This document shows positions 12,421-26,530 of a stretch of DNA of 64,000 nucleotides, piece by piece. The DNA is from Octopus sinensis (Eukaryota): the NCBI RefSeq assembly GCF_006345805.1, contig NC_042998.1, forward strand, positions 72,354,001 to 72,418,000, read 5' to 3'. The position numbers were made by a program, and so were the translations under genes. Under the pieces are notes generated by a model. The model was given only the letters and a program-made list of their open reading frames with translations. It had not been told where the DNA came from and made no database searches. The first letter of the stretch is position 1, and every line of letters starts with the position of its first letter.

Positions 12421-14852
12421 CTGAGAAAGATGCTGACATACTGTCCATTATGTTTAGTTATCATTTTTGCGTTTTGGCTCGTTTAAATTAATATGATTCA
12501 CCGTTGCATAATATTTATCTCAGTAACGCGTTTGCAGGGTTACAGTTGTCTATAAATAGTTAGGTACAAGCTGGTGTGATGGTTGTCGAGAGTCAAAGCG
12601 TGTTAGTTACATCTCTCGCATTCATGAACAGCGATATTTTGTAATCAGTTCTCTTTGGTCAAAGATGTGCAAATAATACGGTTGATGTTAATTATTTTTG
12701 GAAGTTGCTCAGAATTCCAGAATGTTCGATTTCAGTTTTCAGCGACTGTGAAACAGCACACTTTAATATACATAGATATATCACCGTGAGCAGGAGTATC
12801 AATTCAAACTCAGAATCCAATGCATTAAATATTAATTGAAATTACTGGAGCACGTCATTCTGCAAAGTATATCCTTAGCAGGAACTACAATTGGTATGTA
12901 ATAAGAATTCCTGAATGCTATCCATATGATAACTTACGTTTTTTAGCAAATCTAGATTATACAGAAGCTTACAAAAGATATATAAATCCTTAAATGCTGC
13001 TTGCATTTCCATCCCAATGCTAGCGAATGTCAGTAATTTTTTTTTTTTAATTTAAAATTCTAATATTAAAAATATTGCTGCTATTCAACGAATTACTTAG
13101 GAAATAAAACGTGTATGACAGCTGGAGAGATGTAATATCTTCCCTATAGTACACAGCTATTGTGTACCTCTATCTTCGTAACAATACACATAAACGTTAG
13201 GAGAAAACACGAGTGGATACAAAAATACATGAATTGTAAGACTTTGGTTTTGAATCTCTACCATACAGATAACCTTAGATAGGTATGATATATCACGACT
13301 TGTGGTGTTAAATTCCCTAACTGACAGGAGTGAGTCACTGTAACTAAATACTTCCAGCTTTTAATTGTCAATGAATACAAATGCGGTCAAGTTTTTATAA
13401 AGTATGCTCCGGAGTGATGTAATTGATTTTGATAATGACTATAAGGACGTCGATTTCAAGAGAATGCAATGAACAATGTAATGTGACGTGTGCCTGTACC
13501 CCAATGGAAAGTTTCAGCTATGAGTATCATAGTAAATTTTGAAAAAAAATCGTAGACTCAACTGGATGGTCACCCAGCTCTTCATAACAAGTCTAATCTC
13601 GCTGTCTTAAAGAAAATGTGCCTATCCTGAAAAATAAAGTTTCACTTGAATTAAATATTAAACGCATGTGGGGTAATTTAAGAGTGATCACATTCACTCA
13701 TCAGTGACTTCATTTACGAATGAACTAGAACCAAATATCGTTAATATGATCCCAAGAATGAAATGATGTAGTTACCAGTTTCCATATAATCTATTGATAA
13801 CGAAAAGGGAATAATCTGCTATGAAATTACTACATGTTGTTTCTTAAGGTTGCTAAAATATTACTAATGATTTCATTTGGATTTACCTTTGTTCACGAAT
13901 ATTCGTGCGTCAACTACCAAATATTTCCATTCTGAGCATCCACAAAAATTACATTATAGAATCAGGAATATAAAATAAGCTTAATATCATCGTTCACTCT
14001 GAATTCATATTTGTATGATTTGTATTTCGGAGATCACAATAGGGCATTCTTTTCAACTTAATTCCACATACACTAACAGTCTGAGAATGGCTGTAAGCGT
14101 AATCCTAGTTTGATCAATATCTAAGCAAATGATATCTGAAAGAAATGTGGAATAGAATTTGAGGGCTGTTACTCCCAAACCAATAAGATATAGCTAACAA
14201 GGGTTTATATCGTTATTATTTCTTAAATAACTGTTTAGTAATAGGATATCGATTTTCCCCAACTGTAATAGGTAGCAACCGTAACAAAGGAGAAATAAGG
14301 ATCAACGTGTTCACTAAATATTACTTAATTCTATTCTACATTTGTTGTATGTTTGGCATGTATTTATAAAAAAACAATAGCGTTCTCATGCCGTAATTAT
14401 AACATAACTGATTTTTATATAGCTGTAGGTAAACAACTACGATATATCACAAATTGTTTACATCGATATTATAATGGAGAAAGCTGCTTATTAATTGGGT
14501 ATGTAACAGCTACTAAAAGAAAGCAATTATTAAGGCTTTTTAATATTTGTTTAAATATTTGTTGCATTTACTGCGGAGTAGATGTTAATATTTTATGAAC
14601 AATATTAATTCGTTGCACGGGAAACAGTGTTCGATACCTTGAAGTTAGTTTAAATTACGGATATATTACAACTACGACGAATATTTACTAAGCAATTGAG
14701 ATCTTTTATAAATTGAAGTTTTCAATAAAAATTACTGTCTGAGCTTCCTTTTATTCCAGGTACAACATAGTTTTTTCGGGCTTCTATTGACATAACTACA
14801 GATTTGTACCCTACTCACCGCCCAAATTTGTTTCCCTTATAATTTCCAGAAA

Positions 14853-16374
14853 TATAGATACTTTTTAACGAAATTTTAAAGAAATACCGCTTAGATACTG
14901 TGGTTTCAGGGAATATAGGGATTTATATAAAATAATTTTTCTGAAGGGTGGGGAAAGGAGTTTAGGAAAATTAACCCATTCCATTTTCTCCCTCATAACC
15001 TTCGGACGAATGGGTATCTTTTCGTGAAATTTTATACAAATACCTTTCAAATGGCATAGATTACGACTGTAAAGAAATTAGTAGAGAAACGTTTTTCCGA
15101 CGGGGTCGGGAGAGGAGTTTCGTATCAAGTAGACCAAATAATTTGGAACTACTTTCAAATTCATTTTGACGGGGATTTTCCCCTTTTTATTTCACCACAC
15201 CCTTCGAAATGATGTGGGGAAGGCATCTTTGTAAGAGGAAAAAGTTTTTAAAATGTTCATCACCCCCATTCCTCACTATCCCACTCCAGACTGATTTTGG
15301 CCTATTTTTGCATAACTTAAAATCCATGAGAGGAGACTTTTCGATAAAAAAAACAAAATTGTAAATTTTTTCAGAGCTTTTGCTGTTATTTTTAGCACAA
15401 CCCAAACCACCCTCCCTTTTCACTCTCGTATGTATTAATGTTTTTACAATATTCTTCACCCATTAAACACATTTTATTGAATGATGATGCCCAATTAACA
15501 CATGAGACCCATGGGTGAAATATAAATATGCAACAGCAAGACAATTATTATCTAAAATTTTACCCCTCTCCTTCAATCAAGCAAAGCAGTGTGTGTGTAA
15601 GAAGAAAAATTTCTAACAGAAGACATTGCTATTGAAACGAATTATCGCTTACACAACTCTTCTTTTCAATCACTCTGGATAAATGCCATCAATTGCCATC
15701 TCAGGCTCTCCAATATTTTAAATTATAAACAAAAAGAATCGGGGTCGGAGAGAAGGGCTGCAAAAACGCATGATGTTTCAAATTTATTCTTTGTAACATA
15801 TAAATGTATTTATGGGGAGAAAAACGTTGAAAATCATCAATACATGCGCGAGTGATAGAAAAACGACGAAGGTTGTTTTGGGATATGCTAGAAACAACGG
15901 CCAAATATCCCTTAAATCACTCACTGTTCCGTCTCAAAATATTAACTTTTTTTTACCGAAAAGGTTGCTCCTATGGATTTGAATTGCAAAAAGAAAGTCC
16001 AAAATAGGTCCGGAGCGTGATGATGATAGTGCGAGGGGATGAGGTTGTTTTAAATTCACAAAACGTTCATCATATAAAGATGTCCCCAACCATCATTTCG
16101 AAGGCTGTGATTGAATGAAAATGGGGAAAACCCCGTCAACACAGAGTAGCACCAGCTTATTTGGTCTTTCGGATCCAAAGCTCGTCAGAAAAAGAAATAC
16201 CCCATAACTTTCTTTATAATCATAATATATGCCCCTTGAAAGGTATTTGCATAAGCTTTCATTGAAAGATAGCAATTTTCTTTAACGTTATGTGGGAAAA
16301 TTTCGGATCGTGTGAATTTTCAGAAGCTCCTCTTCTTGCCCACTCAGAAAAATTCTTCGCTATAAATACCTATA
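14853..16374. mobile_element. Possible non-autonomous DNA element with imperfect inverted termini
   Basis: Left end TATAGATACTTTTTAACGAAATTT resembles the reverse complement of the right end, TATAGGTATTTATAGCGAAGAATTT. Recurring GGGGTCGG(G)AGA motifs inside; no coding motif found. Confidence 0.3.
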
Positions 16375-18188
16375 TATTTTGATTCCACGGCGTCCAGGCA
16401 GTATTTTTATGAACTTTTGTTCAAAAGTTTCCGTTTTCCTGGAAATTATGAGGCATCAAATCGGTGGGATACACATCTGTATTTGTGCCCTTTTTATTTC
16501 TACGATTTTTTTCCCCCTCATGTCTATTTCATTCATTGTTTGCAATGTTTTCTCTCTCACTCCCCACTCTCTTTCTCTCTCCATCACACACACACACACT
16601 CACACAATGCAAAGCTTACAGATGGGCTACTGAATTGAAACATCTATGTTGCTTTGAGTGGAAGGTAAAACTGCTTCACCCTCCGTAGGTTTACTACCTT
16701 GATGTTTATTTAAAAATGAGAGATTATGACTGTGATGAAATAATGAAAGCAATATTTACTAAGCAAGTGATCACTGTTATGCACAGAAATAATTAAACTT
16801 AAAATATAATAAGAATTATTAGAATTGGCAATCAAATGTGAAAGTATTATCAAGTGGCTAGCAGATGATCGCCCGGAGAGCGGTCTTTCAGTTAGTTATA
16901 TCTAATAGATAGGCCACTGAAACACCTTGAAGTTCTCCGTTGACAGACTATGAGTTTCACTAAAATGTGTCATAGTAAATAATGAAATAATTCATAAATT
17001 AAGAATACAACATGGGTGAGTGAAATTTATTTGACCGTAATTCAGATCAGTCTTCGTTCAATTCCCAAATCGATATTAACAAGAGTGGCAATGCAACTTA
17101 ATCGTGGAATTGTCAGTTTTTGCATTTCTTTATTCTATTCAATGATGTTATAAACATTCATCACATTCCAATCTCCCTAATTTCATTTATTTGTACCCGA
17201 CAGTTCAGTGACTGAGATCTAATCATGTTAGAAACACTATTATACTGACAATACATCCAACTTACATAATTCATCAAAGTCATTGTTTTATTTAGAATCC
17301 TAAATTTTATCAACGACGTTCGACTAATATTTTGTCTTTTTATTAGCCAGGGGATACACTAAACTCTACGTGTAATTAATTCCTATTCATGTGAGGTATA
17401 TATCATTATAAAATGTTTTCATTTACTGTCTTCTCAACTTATATAGAAAGATAATTTTCTTTTTTTCTATATGACAATAATTCTGAAATGTTTTTATCTG
17501 ACAGTTCCAATTATATACATATTTAAAACAATGAGAAAAAATAATGGTAATTTTGGATATAACTAACCTACAACCTGAATTTAAGATGAATGAATGCAAA
17601 TGTTATTTTCATACAATTCTATCGAGGCAGTAACATATCATTAATAAACAAAGGAAATGAAAATAACTAGTAATTGTTTTTGAATTCATTCCAACAAAAA
17701 GAAATGTCAAGATTTGAACTCCAGCAAGATAAACGTCCCAAAGTAATTCAGAAATTGAATCAAAATATTAGTATAGGTGATAAAAATGATAAAACTCAAT
17801 GCTAAAGTATTTTGTAAATACAGTAATAAATTATCTAGAAAATTCTACATATTTGTATTGACTATCTCTTTTCAGTTGCAATAATTTAACATATTCGCTT
17901 GTCTATCTGCAATTTGGTGTGTCTAATGAATATGTCTGCCACAAGTACTGGTTGTAGATCAATTATTTGTGGTTGCCAGAAATTCAGTCTACATGTTTGT
18001 TTGATCCTTTTGACATTTCCTCATCTTCGTCTCCTGCATTTCTCCTAAAACTGCTCCTACATCCCCCTCTATTTCGACTTCATTATCATGAGCATTGGAG
18101 CCGATGTCATCGACTAGCTCCAGCACACAAAATTCAGGTGGTGTGCTCATAATAGAAAGGTCCGATCTTGTGTCATTAGCAGAAAGGA

Positions 18189-18264
<76 letters not shown>

Positions 18265-18309
18265 TTTATTTTTATTAATATTACTATTATCATTATTATT
18301 ATTATTATT

Positions 18310-21300
18310 CTATGTTTGACTTTTGCTTTATATTTGTACAAGTTGGCTCCAAGTCTCACCCAGAGACCTCAAGAGACAACAGGGTTGGAAGTTCATGTTG
18401 TTGTTATGCCTAGTGTGCCATATATTTGGGGGGTGGGGATGTTGTACTAATGAATGTCTAAAAAAAAAAAAAAAGTTTTTTTTTTTTTTTTTAAACCGAA
18501 AATTATGTTTGTTTTAAACCTTGAGAGTACATAGAGAGTATTTTGCGTAGGATATGAGCAGTTCCCATGAGCACTATCTTTTGAACTTCTGCCATTTTTG
18601 GGTTTCCTGGTATCTGAGTTAGGTAGCTATCAGCCCCTTTTGCTATCATTCCCAGGGCACCTATGACAACAGGTATTGTTTTAGTCTTCAGCTTCCACAT
18701 TTTGCTGATTTCTATTTCAAGATCTTTATATTTGCTCAGTTTTTGGTAGGTCTTGACAGATACGTTTATATCGATTGGGACAGTCATATCAATGAGGAGG
18801 CATGTTCTTTGTTTGAAGTTTTTCAATATGATGTCTGGCCTATTTGCATCTATCTTCCTGTCAGTTTGAATGGTGAAGTTCCAGAGGAGTGAGATGTGGT
18901 CATTTTCAAGCACTGGGGGTGGTTTGTGTTCCCCCAGTTTTTTTCATGGGGCAAATCCAGGTTTTTACAGATTACCCAGTGAATATATTGTGCAGCTCTA
19001 TCGTGCCTGTTGAGATACTCTGTAGGCGCTAGAAGACTGCACTTGGAGACCACATGGTCAATGGTTTCATTTTGTTGCTTGCATACACGACACGTTGGAC
19101 TGCTTCTGATCTTTAATATGTTGGCCTGGTAGTTTCTTGTTGGTAGGCATTGATCTTGAGCTGCTATGATAAACCCCTCTGTTTCAGATTTTAAGCCAGA
19201 GGCCATTAGCCATTGATGGGTCAGGGCTTTGTCGATATCTGCATTATTCGCTCTCTTTGGGTATTTGTCATAGAGAGGTTTTTCTTGCCATTTATTATTC
19301 AGAATATCTAAGGCCGCAGTTTTGGCACGGGTTTTCATGCGCCTAGCTTTTTCTGTGCTTGTTTCTTGTATATCTATCTTTAATTCCGAAATTGGTTGTA
19401 TTCGGAATTCACTTAGATATTCCTTTGCCTGTTTTGTGACTGAGTATGATGCTTTCTTGTTTTCATGTTTTGAGACAAGAAGTTTTAGCATCCAGTCCTC
19501 AGAGTTTTCAGGTAGGTGCCTAGGCCAATTGTAGCAATCTTCATTGTTATTGCCAGTTGCAAAAGACCACGGCCTCCCTCTTTTCTTGGCAGATAGAGTC
19601 GTTCTGTATCTGCCTTAGGGTGGTGCATTCTATGCATTGTCAACAGTTTCCTTACTTTTCTGTCGAGCTGACATATTTCAGTAATTGACCAGTTAACAAT
19701 ATTGAAACTGTAAGTCACGACTGGTATAGCTAATGCATTGATTGCTTCGATCCTGTTTCTTGCATTCAGCTCTGTCTTGAGTATTGCTCTCACTCTTCGA
19801 TAGCATTCTCTCCTGATCCTTTCCTTCATCTCTGAATGCCTTATTCCGTTCCCTTCAATTATCCCTAGGTACTTGTAGCTCTCCGCTGGGTCTAGTTCTT
19901 TTATGACATTCTGTTGGTCAAGGTTAACGTTAGATGTTTCTGTTATTTTTCCTTTGATAAAGGTAGCCTTTGCACATTTATCGAGGCCGAATTGCATTCT
20001 GATGTCTTCACTGAATTGTTTGACTATCGCTAGTAAGCCCTTGAGTTGTTGATCATTTTTTGCAAAAAGCTTTAAATCATCCATGTAAACGAGATGATTT
20101 ATATTTTTATCAAACATTTTATACCCGTACTGCGCATCATTGAGCAGCTTTGAGAGAGGTATTAAGGATAAACAAAAGAGGAGTGGTGACAGTGAGTCAC
20201 CCTGGAAAATGCCACACGAAATTTTTACATCACCAGCATTTAGGGATTCACTGTCACTGTTCAGAGTTAGTGTGGTTCTCCATGATCTCATACTTACAGT
20301 CAAGAAGTTTCGCAGAGTTGGTGCTATCTTATACATTTCAAGGCATTTCCTAATCCAGCTATGTGGTAGGCTATCAAAAGCCTTTTTATAGTCTATCCAG
20401 GCTATTGATAAGTTTTTGTGTCGTTTGTGACAATCTTCTAAGATCATCTTATTGATGAGTAGTTGGTCTTTACAGCCGTAGGATCCACGTTTACATCCTT
20501 TCTGTTCATTACGGAATATGCTGCTGTCTGTTAAAAAACTATAGGTATATTCCGTCAGGACAGATGTTAGTGTTTTGTACATAGTTGTTAAGCAGGTTAT
20601 GGGTCTATAGTTTTTTGGTTCATTTGTTTCTTCACTTTTTGGAAGCAGGAATGTTAACCCATTAACTAGCCAAGGAGGCATCCTACTAGGGTGTTGCAAA
20701 ACATCATTGTACAGTTCTGTTAGCAGTTCATGGCTCTCTGGGAAGGCATTCAGCCAGAAGTTAGGAATTTTATCCTTTCCTGGAGACTTCCATTTGCTTG
20801 ACCTCCTGAGAGCAGATCTTATATTCTACCTTGACACCCTCCCACTTTTGCTCTTCTAAGGGGTCCAGTTCTGTAGATATTCTGTCAATCCAGGGGGCCT
20901 TTTCGTTGTGTGTTTTTTCTTCTGCCCAGATTTTATTCCAAAATCTCTGCACTTCTTCTTTTGATGGTACAGACCCTGCAGTAAACGCTGTTTTTCCTAT
21001 CTTCCTGTAAAAATTCATGGTGTTATTTTTGAACATGTTGTTGTCCTTGAAAAATCTAACACGCTTTTCATACCTCGCTATGCGGGCAGCTTTGCAGATA
21101 CCTTGTGTTTGATAGTTTCTATGGTGGCATCAATATCAAGTATAGTTTTCATATTGTATTTTTTCAGTAATTTTTGGTTTTTGTAGGTTTGGTAATCTTG
21201 TGAGCCTTAAGGTTTTTCAAATATTCAATGTCAGATCTAAATATTTTAATTTGTTGTTGCAGACGCTCTTGCCAAGAAGGCTTTTTGTGGGACTGTTGCC

Positions 21301-22465
21301 GTTTCCTAATCTTTACACCACATAGGATCGTTGAGATTTTCGCGGATGCATAGTATAGGTGGTTGAGGTTTGTGATATCAACATCATTAACTGAAATTAT
21401 ATCCTTAAGTGCAAGCCGGATTTTACCAATTATTTTCATGTTTTGGTTAGAGTTGCGGATTTTAGGAAGTGTATCACGCTCATCCATGCTGGTTTCTTTA
21501 ATTTTCAGCCATTCAATCATGATTTGATTTTTTAGATGTAGTTCTGTTGGGTCAATATTTGTGTGACTTTCTTTATCTATTTGATGCTCATCTGTCTTAG
21601 TGTTTATGATTGGTTCAGGGCGTATTTCACTTTGCCTATCACTTATACTAACTCTTTCAATCCTCTCTTCGTTTTTATCCGCCCTGGGCTGGTCTATAAT
21701 CATTTCCTCTGTATTATCTTCTCTAGCTGCAACTTCGTTCATTTTATCCGATATTGCTTGTCTAACCTGATCAATCTCTACTTCAGTCAGTAATTTCTTT
21801 TTTATAATGTTTCTTCTAACATTGGCAAGCTTGTTACTGTCTATGTAGGGTCTTACTTCAGGGTGTTTCTGTCTCCAGTTTAAGTATGCTTGTACAGTGC
21901 TAGACTTATCTGTGGGGGAAATATATGGCATGGTAGAAGGCCTCAAGAACTTCTTTATTATCTTCCCTAGACCATTTTCCTTCTTTTTCTTTTGATGATT
22001 TGGTGATGAGCATGGATGGCCATCTGTTGGAATATTCCGGTTGTGGGCTTCGTCCAGCTCCTGTGTGTTGGGAAGATTTGATCCAGTAACTGATTTTTCA
22101 ATCAGGATTTGGTTCAATTTTCGGGTACGTGGTCTTTTGTAATCCGCGCAATGACCAATGCGGTTATTGTTTGATTTGTTGACCTTGAAGCATGACGAGC
22201 ATCCATTCTTATATTAGGAGATGGATCTGTCAGTCTAGGGTTCACTACATGTAAGCATTGCTCATAGCGCCGCTTCTTAAGACTAGCAGATCTATATTCG
22301 TCTGTATTTTTTTTGTTGATAGTTTTATCTCCGGACATTTTTTTTTTTTTTCCTTTCCTCCTCTTCCTTTCTTCAAGGCTTACTGTGTCTGTATTAGTTC
22401 GAAATAATGAGAATAAAATACGGAGAAGGAAACGAAAAGAAAGGGAAAAAGACGGGATCTGTCAG
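18310..22465 (-). mobile_element. Near full-length R4/Dong-type RLE retrotransposon, family B copy 1 (~4.15 kb)
   Basis: Consecutive ORF pieces 22114-22338, 21164-22117, 20770-21036, 19485-20699 (NYRPITCL, DYKKAFDS, QGDSLSPLLF, YMDDLKL), 18850-19491 (CRVC...HVVSKC, RHDR) and 18503-18913 (RPDII...LIDMTVP...KYKDL). (TAA)n-rich tracts on both sides. Confidence 0.95.
19485..20699 (-). pseudogene. Reverse transcriptase segment of family B element, catalytic YMDD intact, separated from flanking domains by frameshifts
   Basis: The 404-aa ORF carries the RT motifs in order; neighbouring domains are in other frames. Confidence 0.85.
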
Positions 22466-22570
22466 TTATTATTGTTATTACTATCATCTTCACCACCATC
22501 ACCATCATCAGCATTATTATTATTATTATTATTATTATTATCATTATTATTATTATTATTATTATTATCA

Positions 22571-25500
22571 TTCAGTAGTTTTTCTTTTTTTTAGCGTGCT
22601 TTCACTTCACTACCGAGCACAGTTCTGTGTGCCTTGGGTATGTCCTGTGATTTGTTGTGATGCTCTGATGGTTATTGTATGGAGAGTGTTCTGCGTAGTA
22701 TGTGTGCAGTGCCTAGTAGTGCAATTTTCTGTATGTTATATGTGTTTGTAAGTCCTGGTGCTTTTGTTATGTATTTGTCTGAATATTTTTTATCATGCCT
22801 AATGGTGCATTAGGCATGATAAAAAATATTCAGACAAATATGATACTATGATAGGAATTATTTCCCTGTTTTTAGATTCCACATTCTGGTTACTTCCATT
22901 TCCAGGTCTTTGTATTTTGAAAGTTTCTCCATTTTTTTAGGGACACGTTGTCATCTACTGGTATTGATACATCAATTAGAAAGCATTTTTTTCCTTCATG
23001 ATCTCTGACAACTATATCTGGTCTGTTGGCCTTAATTTCTCTATCTGTGTGTATCGGCATATCCCAGAGTATGGTTGCTTTCTCGTTTTCTGTGACCTTT
23101 TCTTGTATGTGCCTATACCATCTTTTTTCTGTTGTTATTCCATAATGTTGGCATAGCTTCCAGTGTATGTAGGTTCCAACTCTGCCATGTCTGTAAATAT
23201 ATTCCTTCTTAGCCAGGACTGGACAGCCAGAGATAATATGATTTATTGTTTCTTGTCCATCTCCACATATTCTGCAGTTACTTTTTTATATTTCTTTTCA
23301 TTACATGTTTTTGGTAATTTCTGGTGCGGAGGCTTTGGTCTTGTGCTGCAATTAAGAATCCCTCTGTCTCTGCTTTGAGTCCTGAGCTTCTCAACCATTG
23401 CTGGGATTTTTCTTTGTCTATTTCTTTTGCATTTAGTTTAGTCCAGTATATACCATGAAGGGGCTTTTCTTGCCATCGTTTTATCATGGTTCATTGCTGT
23501 TCTAGTTTTAGTTTGGATTTCATTTGTTTTATAGCTTTTGTTGTTGTTTCTTCTTCTTCTTCTTCTTCTTCTTCTTCTTCTCTTCTTCTTCTTCTTCTTC
23601 TTCTTCTTCTTCTTCTTCTTCTTCTTCTTCTTCTTCATATTTTTTAGGTGGTATGATTACTCGTTTGTATTTGTCTGCTTCCTTAAATACTGAGAAGAGA
23701 TTTTTGTTTTGATCGTGTTTTGCCGCCATTTGTATCAGTTTTCCTTCCTTCTGAAGTATATATTTTTGCAGTCCTATGGTGGTTATTTTATAGTAGTTTT
23801 CCAGCTGTATAAGGCCTCTACCACCTTCTATACGTTGTATATATAGTCTTTCTATGTCAGATTTTGGGTGATGCATCCTAGATCCTGTCATTATTTTTCT
23901 TGTTTCCCTATCTATTTTGGTCAGTTCATTTAGTGTCCAGTTAAGGATATTGTAGCTGTAACTTATAACTAGGCCAGCTATATTGTTAATACCTATTATC
24001 TTTTCTTTTAGCATTGAGCTCTGTTTTTAGTATTGATCTAACTCGTCTATAATATTCTTTTTTTTATTTTCTCTTTCATTTGTGTGTTGTGTCTTATATA
24101 GTTCATGGATTCCTAAGTATTTGTAAGTTTGGCTTTGGTCTAATTCTTTTATTTCATTGCTTTTATCTAGTGTGATGTTGCTACTCTTAACTAGTTTTCC
24201 TCTTTTCAGGGTTACTTTGACGCATTTCTCTAATCCAAATTTTATATCTATTTATATCTATTTCTTTGCCAATTATTCATAGAGTGTCCTATGTATTTTA
24301 TAATTGTTGGTGCTACTTTGTTAATGGCTAGTCTTTCGTGGATCCATGTGTGGGGGATACTATCAAACGCCTTTTTGTAGTCGATCCTGGCATACTGAGG
24401 CCTTTCTTCTTTCTGTGGCTGTCTTCAGTTACGGCTTTATTGATCATTATTTGATCTTTAGAGCCATATGAGCCTTTGCGGCATCCTTTCTGCTCTTCTG
24501 GAAACAGGTTGTTTTTTGTCCAGGTGCTTGTTCAATCTTTGTGATATTACTGCAGTAAATGTCTTGTACATTGTAGGGAGACAGGTTATTGGTCTGTAGT
24601 TTTCTGGTTTTGCTGTCTCATTTGATTTGGGAATTAAGATGGTTTCCCCCTTCGTGAGCCATTCAGGCATTGTCTCTGGCTCTGCTAGTATGTTGTTAAA
24701 GTTTTCAGCAAGCTTTTTGTGCATTCCTGTTAGATATTTCAACCAGTAGTTTGGGATCTTGTGATGCCCAGGTGCCTTCCAGTTGCTTAGTCTTTGCAGT
24801 GCCTGGGTGACCTCTTCAGTTGTTATGGGGGTCGAAATTTGCTCAAATACTGAGCTTGTTATTTTAATACTCCTTTTTTTTGGTTGTTCGTTTGCCGACC
24901 ATATTTCTTTCCAGAATTCTTCCATTTCTTCTGCCGTTGGTGCTGCAGTGATTTCTATTTTATTTTTGCCAAGTTCTTGGTAGAACTTTTTGGGGTTGGA
25001 GTTGAACTTTTTGTTTTGTTCAAAGAAGCGCTGGCGTTTCTCATACCGGCGGATCCTTTGTGCTTTGGCAAGGATATCTTGCTTTAGCTTTTCTTTTATC
25101 TCAGGTAAATCTTTTTCTGTGATGTTGTATTTGCGGAATATTTTTGTTTTCTTTCTGTTGCTCAGTAGCGTTGATTGTCTACCGATTTCTCTAAGAATCG
25201 ACAGATCTTTTCTCATTTTTTGTATTGTGTTTTGGATGTTATTTATACACAGGTTTTGTTTGGGTGGTTGTACTCCTGTTTGGATGGGTTTGAGTGAGTA
25301 TCCAGCTTCTTTTTTGGCTGCAGTGGCTGCTGCGTATACTACGTCATTTAGCTCAGTGATATCGCTTTTTGTTTCAGTGGCTATAAGTTTCGTGACGGCT
25401 AGGTTTATGCTGTTTATGATTGGTCTTGTTGTTTTGTCTATTTTGATTTTTGGGAGGTATGGTCGGTGGTCAATTTTGAGCTCTGTGGTTTTTAGTTCTT

Positions 25501-26513
25501 TGATTATTTTACTTTTTATATTATCATAATCATTAGGCTCGCCTTCGTTGTTTCCAGGTTTTAGATTTGTGTCGCATTCGTTCTCATTTGTATGTTTGTT
25601 TGTCGTGTTTTGGCTTACTGTTTGTCGTGTATTATTATGCATCCTTACGGTCTGGGTTTGTTGTTTTTGTTTACATTGTGTTTGTTGGGAATGTTACGTT
25701 TGTCTTCGTGTTTTACTGTTTCAGTGTTTATATTATTGGGCATTGTTGTGTGGCTTCTGTTTACATTTTTCTGATTTACTTTTTCTTTTAGATGTTCTAT
25801 TTCTATTTCTGATATTTTTTGCGTTGAGAATGTATCTTTGTACGTTAGTTAGTTTATTAGGGTTCATTGTTGTATCCAAGTCTATATTTATGTTATTTTC
25901 CTTCCATATTTTTTATGTATGTGTTGTTGTGTTTTCATTTTTTGGGTAGAGCACTGCTGTGAAGTAAGCGTGTAGGATAGAAATGTATTTCTCACGTGTC
26001 CATTTATGTCGTTTGGGTTTTATTTGCGGGACAAGAGGAACAACGTCCGGTCCATTATTTTGACGGTCGTCATTTTCGTAGGGTACCGGTCCGTTCATTT
26101 CTGTTGTCACATTGTTTTGCACGTGTAGTTTTTCGTGCATTTTATGTTGTAAGTTTAATGTACGTACTTTCCGATTGTTATTCTTGGGTTGAATAATATC
26201 GGTGTTATTTAAGTTCTTCGTAGTTTTTTGTACATGGTGTTTGCGGTCGGAGATGATCTGGTGTTGATGGATCGTAATGTATCACACATGTTTACATGTG
26301 TTGTGTTAGAGGTGGAGATGATATCCAATTAAAATACATCATTTCGTTTCGAGAATAGTAATAAATTTCAATGAGTATTACTTACTCGGATATAGTCCAA
26401 TCCTTTGTTAGTAAATTTTTGCCTCCATAAGATGTCTTTGTTTTCGATGTTTGTGAATAGATTTCGGAGCTCTATTTTATCGTTCTTACATCTTAAACGT
26501 CCCCGGTGTTCTC
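22571..26513 (-). mobile_element. R4/Dong-type family A copy 3, both ends present, RT core deleted
   Basis: N-terminal KRHKWTRE motif (25913-26140), ORF 24458-25642 (WKAPG, NYRPITCLPTMYK), 23529-24014 and the RLE region. Compared with copy 1 the QGD/YMDD segment is missing at about 24262. Begins GAGAACACCGGGG right after (TAA)n. Confidence 0.9.
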
Positions 26514-26530
26514 TTATTATTATTATTATT

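Noticed and set aside
12480-12900. Possible hAT dimerisation-domain remnant (ECER-like) on the minus strand
   Set aside because: Only a few residues across broken frames; not supportable without a profile search.
17980-18188. Acidic minus-strand frame (STPPEF...DDIGS...DNEVEIE) resembling a piggyBac-like N-terminus
   Set aside because: Short, lacks a catalytic domain or termini, and the resemblance is low-complexity.
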